Shown here one piece after another: positions 48,671-56,970 of a stretch of 64,000 bases of DNA. Numbering within the stretch: the stretch's first letter is position 1; the number at the start of each line of letters is the position of its first letter. The notes below the pieces were generated by a model. The model was not told where the DNA came from and ran no database searches. It saw only the letters and a list, made by a program, of their open reading frames with translations. A program made the position numbers and the translations under genes. The stretch is from Candidatus Omnitrophota bacterium (lineage in GTDB: Bacteria; Omnitrophota; Gorgyraeia; B26-G9). The stretch is taken from assembly GCA_043814605.1 (NCBI GenBank), contig JBDRJV010000005.1, positions 11,453 through 75,452 of the forward strand, read 5' to 3'.

Positions 48671-49873
48671 ATGAAAATTTTATTTTTAACATCACGTTTA
48701 CCGTATCCGCCGTACGGAGGAGATAAGGTGAGAGTATATAATTTTTTAAAACAGCTTGCGGTTAAACATCAGGTTACATTAATCTCTTTTATCGAAGATA
48801 AAAGTGAGCTTAAGCACGTGGCGGCGTTAAAGGAAATTTGTCAGAGGGTAGAGGTTATTCATCTTAAAAAATGGCAATCTTATTTAAATTGCTTATTTAA
48901 CTGTTTATCGGTAACACCGCTGCAAATGTATTATTATAATGACCGGAGAATGCGGAAATTAATAAAGCAGATTTTAACGCAAGAAAATATTGACGGAATT
49001 TATGTGCATCTATTACGAATGGCGCATTATGTAGAGGATTTTAAAAAGATGGGAGTTCCCGAATCTCAGCGTCCCCGTCGTAAAATTTTGGATTTAACGG
49101 ATGCAATTTCTTTAAGTTTAAAAAGGTCGTTATCTTATCGCAGTCATGTTTTCTTTTTATTTTATTTGTTTGAGTGGTGGAAGGTTAAGCGTTATGAGGC
49201 AAGAATCATTGATAAATTTGATGCTAGTGTTTTAATTTCAATGATGGATAAACAATCACATCCGGCGTTAGCTGCTTCAGAAAAAGTTAGAATTATCGCT
49301 AACGGTGTTGATCTGGATTATTTCTCTCCTCAGGAAATCGATTATCATAAGCAGAAGATTGTTTTTTTAGGAAATTTCCACAGTTTTCCAAACCGCGATG
49401 GTGTGAATTATTTGTACCATCAGATTATGCCGATGATCAAAGAAAAGATTCCGGGAATTAAATTATATATAGTGGGAGTTAATCCGCCAAAATTTATTCA
49501 GGATATGGCTGATCAAAAAAATATTTTTGTTACCGGTTCAGTTCCAGATGTGCGAGAATTTTTAAAAGATGCCTTGGCTTTAGTTTGTCCCCTGAGAGTG
49601 GGGGCGGGTATTCAAAATAAAATACTTGAGGCTATGGCCTTAGGATTACCTGTGATTACGACATCAATCGGAGCTTTTTGGTTAAGCGCCGAGGGGCAAA
49701 AAAAAGTAATGATTGGGGATGAACCGCATCACTTTGCTCAACGCATTTTAGAATTAATGGATGATTCGGGGAAAAGAAAGGTTTTAAGCCAACAGGCCAG
49801 AGATTTTGTAGTTAAAAATTATAATTGGCAGAACAATGTTGATAAACTTGAGTCTTTATATGATGTTGCATAA
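48671..49873 (+). CDS. GT4 glycosyltransferase, PEP-CTERM/EpsH1-system-associated type (TIGR03087-like)
   Basis: The N-terminus MKILFLTSRLPYPPYGGDKVRVYNFL matches the family signature. GT-B C-terminal region. Confidence 0.65.
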   Translation: MKILFLTSRLPYPPYGGDKVRVYNFLKQLAVKHQVTLISFIEDKSELKHVAALKEICQRVEVIHLKKWQSYLNCLFNCLSVTPLQMYYYNDRRMRKLIKQILTQENIDGIYVHLLRMAHYVEDFKKMGVPESQRPRRKILDLTDAISLSLKRSLSYRSHVFFLFYLFEWWKVKRYEARIIDKFDASVLISMMDKQSHPALAASEKVRIIANGVDLDYFSPQEIDYHKQKIVFLGNFHSFPNRDGVNYLYHQIMPMIKEKIPGIKLYIVGVNPPKFIQDMADQKNIFVTGSVPDVREFLKDALALVCPLRVGAGIQNKILEAMALGLPVITTSIGAFWLSAEGQKKVMIGDEPHHFAQRILELMDDSGKRKVLSQQARDFVVKNYNWQNNVDKLESLYDVA

Positions 49874-50904
49874 ATATTACATAATTCCTTTTTTGATTTC
49901 ACTTTTTATCGTTTTAGGAATAACTCCGTTTATTCTGAAGATCACTTTAATGCGGAAAATTGTGGATAAGCCGGCAAAAAGGAAAATCCATCGCCAGCCT
50001 GTTCCGACATTAGGAGGTATGGGGATTTGGCTGGGTTTTAACGTGGGAATAGGAGCAGTATTTTTTATGATCCCGGAGCTGAAAGTAAATTTTTTACACT
50101 CTTTTTTAGGAATCAGTCTTTGTACAGCAATAATTGTTTTTATGGGGTATTATGGACGACATTTTTGACTTAAATGCTTATTTAAAATTAATGATTCAAA
50201 TCGGGATTGCCTTAATCTTAATTAATTTTGGTTTTGAGATCAGTATTATTTCCAAGCCTACCGGTGATGGCTTACCGCTGGGAATCTTGAGCGGGGTGAT
50301 TACGATTATCTGGATAGTGGGCTTGATTAATGCGATTAATCTTTTAGATGGATTGGATGGCCTGGCTGCAGGAGTGAGTGGTATTGCGCTTTTTTTTCTA
50401 TTTTTAGCAGCTGTGGGTATGCAGAATGAACCAGTGGCCATAATGGCACTTTGTCTTTTAGGTGCAATTTTGGGATTTTTACCTTATAATTTTTATCCGG
50501 CTAAAATTTTTATGGGCAATACCGGAAGTATGTTTATTGGTTTGGTACTGGCGGTTATTGCTTTAGCTGGTTTCCAGAAAAGAACAACTGTTTTCACATT
50601 GTTTGTGCCTTTAATGGCTGTAGCTGTGCCGATTATTGACACATTTTTATCGATCTTTCGCAGAATTCTTAAAGGAAAACCAATTTTTAAAGCAGACCGT
50701 GAACATATTCATCACCAGCTTTTCAAAACAGAGAAGTCCCAGACACAAGCGGTTTTATCCTTATATTTTTTTACATTTTGTTATGGGTTAATTGCGTTAA
50801 GTTTTTCCAGCTTTACCGGAATTTATGCAATTATCGCGCTGGTTATCGTTGCTTTAGCCACATATAAATGGTTAAAGGAATGGGGTTTTTTAGATTTTAA
50901 ATAA
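49836..50904 (+). pseudogene. WecA/MraY-like polyprenyl-phosphate sugar-1-phosphate transferase (GT4 priming enzyme) split by a +1 frameshift at a G4 run
   Basis: The upstream frame ends ...AIIVFMGYYGRHF*. The downstream frame reads LFLWGIMDDIFDLN..., carrying the conserved DD motif and INAINLLDGLDGLA. Removing one G from GGGG at 50144-50147 gives a continuous ...IIVFMGIMDDIFDL... reading frame. Confidence 0.6.
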
Positions 50905-51021
50905 TTTAATCACGATAAATTTTAGAATATTTCAGATGTATTAGGTAAAAAATTTTAAATGTGGTATATTTATATAATGCATTTTTTAATACTAACTTTG
51001 TCCTAATTATAGGGAGAAGAT

Positions 51022-51849
51022 ATGAAATTTAATAAAATAGTTTCTTTAATATTTTCTTATCCGTCTGTGGTCTTACCTTTTTTTATTCTAACTTTAATCG
51101 AAGCGCTTTTTTTAAGTTTGTGGTATTATTCGCCGCGGCCATTAATATCATTAATTTTAGCTCCGCCGATTAGGGTTTTTATGGGAGAAAAATTTTTGCA
51201 TTATCCCTATCTTTTTCTCATGTTACCGCGGGTAATGTTTATCAGCCGTGTTTTTGTTTATTTAGGCTGTGGGATTTCGGCTCTGATTATGACAATTTGT
51301 TCTCTTTATCAGGTACAAAAAGAAAAGCGATCTCCGCGTTTTTGGCCAAACTTAAACCGGGCTCTACGTAACTTGCCGGTTTTATCAGGCGTGGGGATGT
51401 TGTTTTGTACTGTCGCTTTTTTGCTGTATAAAATACCGCGTGTGGTCATCGCAAAATTTGTCTTTGATAATTTACAGCTTGAGATTAGTTCTTATGTATT
51501 ATTTTTAATTTTATTTATTTTTTTAGCTTTGGGGGAAGGATTATTTACAGCCAGTTGCGTAAATTATGTTTTAAAAAATAATAATTTAGGGGCAAGCATT
51601 AAAAACGCTTTTTCATTTGTGCGGAGCAGGCTGTTAAGTTTAGTACTATTTATTTGTTCAGTACGCTTACTGATTTTAGGATTAACTTTAATAAAATGGC
51701 ACATTCCCTATTTACTGAAAAACATGTTTGTGTTATTCCCGGAACTTGTTTTAGTAATTTTAATTTTGGAAATCATTGTTTATTTTGTAGCAAATATTCT
51801 AATTGTTTCCGGCATTACCTTAGCGGTAATTGAGAGTGAGGGGGGCTGA
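51022..51849 (+). CDS. hypothetical polytopic membrane protein
   Basis: About 7 TM helices; no recognised motif. Confidence 0.35.
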   Translation: MKFNKIVSLIFSYPSVVLPFFILTLIEALFLSLWYYSPRPLISLILAPPIRVFMGEKFLHYPYLFLMLPRVMFISRVFVYLGCGISALIMTICSLYQVQKEKRSPRFWPNLNRALRNLPVLSGVGMLFCTVAFLLYKIPRVVIAKFVFDNLQLEISSYVLFLILFIFLALGEGLFTASCVNYVLKNNNLGASIKNAFSFVRSRLLSLVLFICSVRLLILGLTLIKWHIPYLLKNMFVLFPELVLVILILEIIVYFVANILIVSGITLAVIESEGG

Positions 51850-51854
51850 TCAAG

Positions 51855-52712
51855 ATGAAATACAGGCTGAGCCAAAGGATAGTTTGGGGATTAGCGACAT
51901 TAATTTTATGCACGGGATGTGTAAGTGAGGGAAGTTTTAATGCGGAAAAATTGCTTTGGCGAGCTGATTATCAGTGGAAAAAAAATTTTAAAGAAGTTCC
52001 TGCTGGCAAAGAGGAAAAAATATCAGAGGCGCAAAGGGATGAATTAATCTATGCTTATAAAGAAATTACTTTACGTTATCCTTATTGGCTGCAAACGTAT
52101 CAAGCACATTTTAAATTAGCGAAATTGTATTTACTCAAAGGTGATCAACAAAGGGCATTGAAAGAATACGATACTCTTTGTAAAAATTTTGCCCTGCAGC
52201 CGGAGATTTGTGCCAAGGCGCTAAAGAGTATGGCGGAAATATATGAGATTCAAGGCAACTGGCCGGAAGCGGAAATCCTTTATAAAAAAATTATGGATGA
52301 ATATTTGAACTCAAGTATTGGTCTTTTAGTGCCGCTTTATTTAGCCCAGCAATATCAAAATCAGGGATTAACTGATCAAGCCCAAGCCACATTTGTGCAG
52401 GCTCTGGGTTTTTATAAAAAAATTATCGCAGAAAAGGAAACAGCACTCGGGACTCTGGGGTCAATTGATTTTGCGGTTATTTGTATTTTAAACACAAAAA
52501 CTCCGCAGGATGCAATAGAATTTTTAAATACGCTGAAAAGTAATTATCCTAATTCTTTAATCGAAGTTCGGGTTTTATGGAATTTAGCCCGGATTTACCA
52601 GATTAATTTAAATGATCAGATTAAAGCAAAGGCTTTTTACCAGGAAATTGTGGATAAATACCCGCAAATAAACTTAGCGGAAAAAGCTCAAGAACAGATA
52701 AAAGATTTATAA
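51855..52712 (+). CDS. TPR-repeat lipoprotein (PrsT-like, exosortase-locus associated)
   Basis: Lipobox LCTGC after the signal peptide, with TPR-like repeats (YQAHFKLAKLY ..., NWPEAEILYKK ...). Confidence 0.5.
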   Translation: MKYRLSQRIVWGLATLILCTGCVSEGSFNAEKLLWRADYQWKKNFKEVPAGKEEKISEAQRDELIYAYKEITLRYPYWLQTYQAHFKLAKLYLLKGDQQRALKEYDTLCKNFALQPEICAKALKSMAEIYEIQGNWPEAEILYKKIMDEYLNSSIGLLVPLYLAQQYQNQGLTDQAQATFVQALGFYKKIIAEKETALGTLGSIDFAVICILNTKTPQDAIEFLNTLKSNYPNSLIEVRVLWNLARIYQINLNDQIKAKAFYQEIVDKYPQINLAEKAQEQIKDL

Positions 52713-52750
52713 AAGAATATCATAGAGGATAGGAAAAACAGGCAAAATAC

Positions 52751-53584
52751 ATGGTTTTAGTTCTGATTAGTCTAATTGTAGGTTTAACCGTAATAATTTT
52801 CTGGCCAACATTTGACTGGCTTTTGTACCGGTTTGCGGAACCAGAATCTTTTTATGCACACGGTTATCTTATCCCTTTTATTTCTGCATACCTTATTTGG
52901 CAGAAAAAAGCAGCGTGGGTTAAATTAAAAAGCCAGCCTTCTTATTGGGGATTGGGGATTTTAATATTTTCTTTAATTATCCATGTTTTTTCTTATTATT
53001 TTGAAATTAATCTCTTAAGCGGTTTTTCTTTACTCGGTGTTATTGTGGGATTAATCCTATTTAATTTAGGTGTGGAGGCTTTAAAAATAAATGTATTTGC
53101 TTTGTTTTTTTTAATTTTTATGATTCCTTTACCAAAAGTGATGACTTTGGGATTGAGTTTTTATCTAAAGATGTTTGCTGCGCAAACTGCCAGTTTTTGC
53201 GTCGGAGTTATTGTTCCGCTTAAAAATGTAGGGAGTTTTATTTATTTACCAAATGGTGTTTTGACTGTGGGCACGCCTTGTAGCGGATTAAGCTCTTTGA
53301 TTTCACTGGCTGCTTTAGCCATGTTATTTTCGCATCTAACTGCTTTTAGCAAATTTAAAAAGGCTATTTTTTTTATTTTGGCTTTACCTTTGGCGTTAAT
53401 ATCAAATATCTTAAGAATTATGCTTTTGATTATTGTTTGCTATGTATACGGGGTTGATGTAGCCATGGGATGGTTTCATGATTTTTCCGGGATGTTAGTT
53501 TTTGTTTTTGCTTTTCTGGGGTTGTTAATTTTACGCAATATATTTTTGTTATGGAAAATACAAGAAAAAGTAAAAATACTTTAA
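52751..53584 (+). CDS. exosortase (EpsH/Xrt family)
   Basis: FWPTFDWLLYRF ... SFYAHGYLIPFISAYLIW N-terminal signature, 8 TM helices, conserved Cys/Arg region (TPCSGLSSL ... ILRIM). Confidence 0.7.
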   Translation: MVLVLISLIVGLTVIIFWPTFDWLLYRFAEPESFYAHGYLIPFISAYLIWQKKAAWVKLKSQPSYWGLGILIFSLIIHVFSYYFEINLLSGFSLLGVIVGLILFNLGVEALKINVFALFFLIFMIPLPKVMTLGLSFYLKMFAAQTASFCVGVIVPLKNVGSFIYLPNGVLTVGTPCSGLSSLISLAALAMLFSHLTAFSKFKKAIFFILALPLALISNILRIMLLIIVCYVYGVDVAMGWFHDFSGMLVFVFAFLGLLILRNIFLLWKIQEKVKIL

Positions 53585-54207
53585 TTATTAGTTTAGGGGT
53601 CCTATTATTTTTTTGTGTGCTGATGGCGCATTTTAAAAATATGAAAAGTGTTTTTAGTACAGAGGTTGCCAAGCCAAAACTTTTAGAAAAATATGGAGAG
53701 TGGAGTTATTTACGGGAAATTCCGATCAGTGAAAATATTTTAGAAGTTTTAGGGACTAAAGGCGCTGTGCTGGGTGAATATAAAAATGCGCAGGGTGAAA
53801 AATTGCAAGTTTACATTTTAAAAGCTTCGCTTAAGCGCAGCAGTATTCATCAGCCAGAATATTGTTATCTTGGCGCCACAGAAGAATTAATAAAAAAGGG
53901 AAGTTTAAATATTGATTTAAATAAAAAGGAAAAAATTCCTGTTAATTATTTACTTGTAAAAACTCAAGCAGGGATTGATCTGGTAATGTATACTTATGAA
54001 ACTAATTGTATATTTACGAATAACTATTATTGGCAGCAATTTCTTTTTCTCATTCAGCGTTTAAAAGGCCATTCTGTTAATGGCAGTTTAATTCGGGTTT
54101 CAAAATCAACCATAAATGACAAATTAAGTGATGACATTAAAGTATTGCAACTAGTTATCAAATCAATAGTTATAAGTGATAATTCCAGCATTAATAAAAA
54201 CTTTTAA
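53551..54207 (+). CDS. EpsI-family exosortase-associated protein
   Basis: N-terminal TM helix, about 200-aa periplasmic domain, directly downstream of and overlapping the exosortase gene. Confidence 0.45.
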   Translation: MENTRKSKNTLIISLGVLLFFCVLMAHFKNMKSVFSTEVAKPKLLEKYGEWSYLREIPISENILEVLGTKGAVLGEYKNAQGEKLQVYILKASLKRSSIHQPEYCYLGATEELIKKGSLNIDLNKKEKIPVNYLLVKTQAGIDLVMYTYETNCIFTNNYYWQQFLFLIQRLKGHSVNGSLIRVSKSTINDKLSDDIKVLQLVIKSIVISDNSSINKNF

Positions 54208-54224
54208 AAATCTTTGGATATCAA

Positions 54225-54253
54225 TTGACAAATTCCTTACCCTATGGTATACT
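54225..54253 (+). promoter_or_regulatory. consensus sigma70 promoter TTGACA-17-TATACT
   Basis: TTGACA at 54225-54230 and TATACT at 54248-54253 with exact spacing, upstream of the GH26-like PEP-CTERM gene. Confidence 0.5.
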
Positions 54254-54331
54254 TTCTTATCCTTTTTACATCACGTGATAATTGAAAAAATTTTAGAGAA
54301 ATTATAGAGTTTTAACTTATAGGTATTTATT

Positions 54332-55462
54332 ATGAAATTAGGCGTTAGTAGTTTGCGAATTTGCACATTAGGCATAATAATCATTAATACAGCAATTATA
54401 ACTTTATTGATGAGCGGGAATAGTTATGCACAGTGTGAAATCGGAGCTTTTGTGGGAAATAATGATCATGTTATGCCGACAAATTCTGAAATTCAAAATT
54501 ATGAAAGTCTTACAGGAAGAAATTTAGCTTCTACTTTAGTTTACTGGTCTTGGGATGACGGAGTTTTTCCTGCACAAGAATTGTACGCGAATGGTTACAA
54601 TAAACAAAACATCCTGCATTTTACTTGGGAACCTTGGGCTAGACAAGGTGCTTATGATCCGAATTATACTTTAAGTGATATTAATAATGGAATTTTTGAT
54701 TCTTATATAACACAATTTGCCCAGGATTGCCGGGATTGGCAATCTCCGATAAGATTAAGATTCGGGCATGAAATGATTCAAGATAATAACCCGATTACTC
54801 CGGGATGGTATCCTTGGCAGGATAAACCTGCAGAATATGTGCAAGCTTGGAATCGGGTATATAATATTTTTGAAACACAAGGAGCCATAAATGTTGAATT
54901 TGTTTGGGCGCCAAACCACCATAGCACAAATGTAAATGAATTAATGGCTTATTACCCCGGTGCAGATAAAGTTGACTGGCTGGGTATGGATGGGTATAAT
55001 TGGGGGACATATACGGCTCAAGAACCTTGGGGGTATTGGCTTGAATTTGAAGAGGTGTTTGGTTCTTTGTATGATACCCTGACAACTAATGATCAGATTT
55101 TTGGTGATAAAAAATTAATGATTGCTGAATTTGCTAGTGCCGAAGTTAGTGCAATCGAAGGAAAGACTAAAGCAGAATGGATAGCCAATGCTTTTAATAA
55201 AATTCAAAATGATTATTCAGAAATTGAGGCTTTTTATTGGTTTAATGCTTTAAAGGAACGGGATTGGCGGGTTAATTCCGGAACCGGTGAAACATTAGCC
55301 GCTTTTCAATTAGCCATGACTAATTCTTACTTTACTGAATATACAGTACCAGAACCCAGTTCAATAATTTTATTTAGTTCAGGATTATTAGGATTGATGT
55401 TTAATATTAGTTTTAGTAATTTTAAAAAAACAATTAAAATGAAAGGGGGTTACAAAACGTGA
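54332..55462 (+). CDS. GH26-like glycoside hydrolase with C-terminal PEP-CTERM sorting signal
   Basis: FTWEPW and RFGHEMIQDNNPITPGWYPW fit the GH26 pattern. The C-terminus VPEPSS plus a hydrophobic helix plus KKTIKMKGGYKT fits a PEP-CTERM signal. Confidence 0.55.
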   Translation: MKLGVSSLRICTLGIIIINTAIITLLMSGNSYAQCEIGAFVGNNDHVMPTNSEIQNYESLTGRNLASTLVYWSWDDGVFPAQELYANGYNKQNILHFTWEPWARQGAYDPNYTLSDINNGIFDSYITQFAQDCRDWQSPIRLRFGHEMIQDNNPITPGWYPWQDKPAEYVQAWNRVYNIFETQGAINVEFVWAPNHHSTNVNELMAYYPGADKVDWLGMDGYNWGTYTAQEPWGYWLEFEEVFGSLYDTLTTNDQIFGDKKLMIAEFASAEVSAIEGKTKAEWIANAFNKIQNDYSEIEAFYWFNALKERDWRVNSGTGETLAAFQLAMTNSYFTEYTVPEPSSIILFSSGLLGLMFNISFSNFKKTIKMKGGYKT

Positions 55463-56064
55463 ATAAAAAGGTGCTTTTAATTTTGATATACTTTTACTTG
55501 ATCAGTGCCGTAATTATACCTTGTATTAGTTTTGCCCAAGAAGCAGGATTTGAGCCTTTTGGTGTTTATTATGATCAAGGAAATCGGGGTAATCATTATG
55601 TAGGTTCAGGCTGGATGGGAGATTACGGGGATGTTAAAATTACTGAGTCCTGGAAAGATAATCCTTATTCCGGAAAAACCTGTATAAAAATTGATTATAC
55701 TGGAGATGGAAAACAGGGTGCTAATTGGGCGGGAATTTACTGGCAATGGCCGCCGAATAATTGGGGTGAAAAGAAAGGCGGATTTGATCTGACGGGTGCA
55801 TCGAAACTTACTTTCTGGGCCAGAGGCGAAAAAGGTGGCGAACAGATTATGGAATTTAAAATGGGCGGATTAACCGGAACTTATTCTGATTCTGATTCTG
55901 CCAGTATTGGACCGGTTGAATTAACTGCGGATTGGAAACAATATAGTATTAATTTAGCTGCACTGGATTTGTCATACATCAGCGGCGGATTTGCCTGGGT
56001 TACGAATGCAATTGCTGCACCAGAAGGATGTGTGTTTTATTTAGATAATATCCAATATGAATAA
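55459..56064 (+). CDS. secreted hypothetical protein (beta-sandwich/CBM-like?)
   Basis: Signal peptide and Gly/Trp/Tyr-rich composition. GTG start overlaps the upstream stop. Confidence 0.4.
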   Translation: MNKKVLLILIYFYLISAVIIPCISFAQEAGFEPFGVYYDQGNRGNHYVGSGWMGDYGDVKITESWKDNPYSGKTCIKIDYTGDGKQGANWAGIYWQWPPNNWGEKKGGFDLTGASKLTFWARGEKGGEQIMEFKMGGLTGTYSDSDSASIGPVELTADWKQYSINLAALDLSYISGGFAWVTNAIAAPEGCVFYLDNIQYE

Positions 56065-56152
56065 CCAAATAAAAGGGGTGAGAAAGATGAAGATTATGAA
56101 TTTAGTATTAACCGCTTTAAAAAAAATTAAGAAAGGAGGTGAAATAGTAATT

Positions 56153-56863
56153 ATGAAAAAGTTAAATGCAATAATTATTATGGTATTAATGGTAGCTGGA
56201 CTAACATTGATTAACACAGGAACAGCTCGCGCAGTAAATGCGTTGCAAGATGGCAGCTTTGAAGGCGCTTATTGGCCCTTAGATGATTGGAAAGCACTAT
56301 ATGGCCTGCCTTGGTATAGACAAATTGGCGGTGCGGAAACTTACTCAGGTTCTTATTCTGTATATAACGAAATTTCAATGGACTACTCCGGATGGCCAGT
56401 GACTGAATACTGGACACAATTTGAACAAGTTCTTACTGGTGTAAGTGCTAGCGAAGTAATCACACTTACTGGATTTACCAGACCAGACATTAATGCAGAG
56501 GCACAGTCAGTTGAAGGAGGAATTGGTGTGGTATGGTTTAACAACATGGGAACGCCTACTAATACAACTGATGATATTCAGTTAGGTTCAGCAATTACTG
56601 ATGGTATTGGACTTGCGGGTAATGGACAGTGGAACGCATTAAGCGTTAATGCAACTGCACCTGGAAGTATGACGAATGTTTATGGTAAGGCTTTCTGTTA
56701 TGTTATTGGTCAGAAATCAGATGCTGCGGATGCTTTAGGCAGTACAGTGTATTTTGATGCTCTTTCTACAACCGGTGTTATTCCTGAGCCAAGTAGTTTA
56801 ATTCTCCTGGGCACGGGAATCATTGGGATGCTTTCAGCAACCAGAAAGAAAAAAAGAGTGTAA
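56153..56863 (+). CDS. PEP-CTERM sorting-domain secreted protein
   Basis: AAGGAGGTG ribosome-binding site with 13-nt spacing to ATG 56153. The signal peptide is MKKLNAIIIMVLMVAGLTLINTGTARA. The C-terminus GVIPEPSSLILLGTGIIGMLSATRKKKRV is a canonical PEP-CTERM signal. Confidence 0.7.
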   Translation: MKKLNAIIIMVLMVAGLTLINTGTARAVNALQDGSFEGAYWPLDDWKALYGLPWYRQIGGAETYSGSYSVYNEISMDYSGWPVTEYWTQFEQVLTGVSASEVITLTGFTRPDINAEAQSVEGGIGVVWFNNMGTPTNTTDDIQLGSAITDGIGLAGNGQWNALSVNATAPGSMTNVYGKAFCYVIGQKSDAADALGSTVYFDALSTTGVIPEPSSLILLGTGIIGMLSATRKKKRV

Positions 56864-56897
56864 GTAAAAACAAATAAGTTAAGGCATTAAATTAAAA

Positions 56898-56927
56898 GGG
56901 CAGGAATAAATCCTGCCCTTTTTTTGT
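56898..56927 (+). terminator. rho-independent terminator
   Basis: GGGCAGGA-ATAAA-TCCTGCCC hairpin followed by TTTTTTTG. Confidence 0.7.
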
Positions 56928-56930
56928 TTA

Positions 56931-56959
56931 TTGTTTGCCCTTTATGTGTATGTTATAAT
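56931..56959 (+). promoter_or_regulatory. sigma70 promoter TTGTTT-17-TATAAT with extended -10 (TGtTATAAT)
   Basis: -35 at 56931-56936 and -10 at 56954-56959, upstream of the GspK-like gene. Confidence 0.5.
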
Positions 56960-56970
56960 AAAAACCCATT

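Noticed and set aside
56057-56152. N-terminal extension of the PEP-CTERM protein ORF (MNNQIKGVRKMKIMN...).
   Set aside because: A strong AAGGAGGTG ribosome-binding site and a canonical signal peptide start at ATG 56153. The upstream part overlaps the previous gene and lacks a ribosome-binding site.
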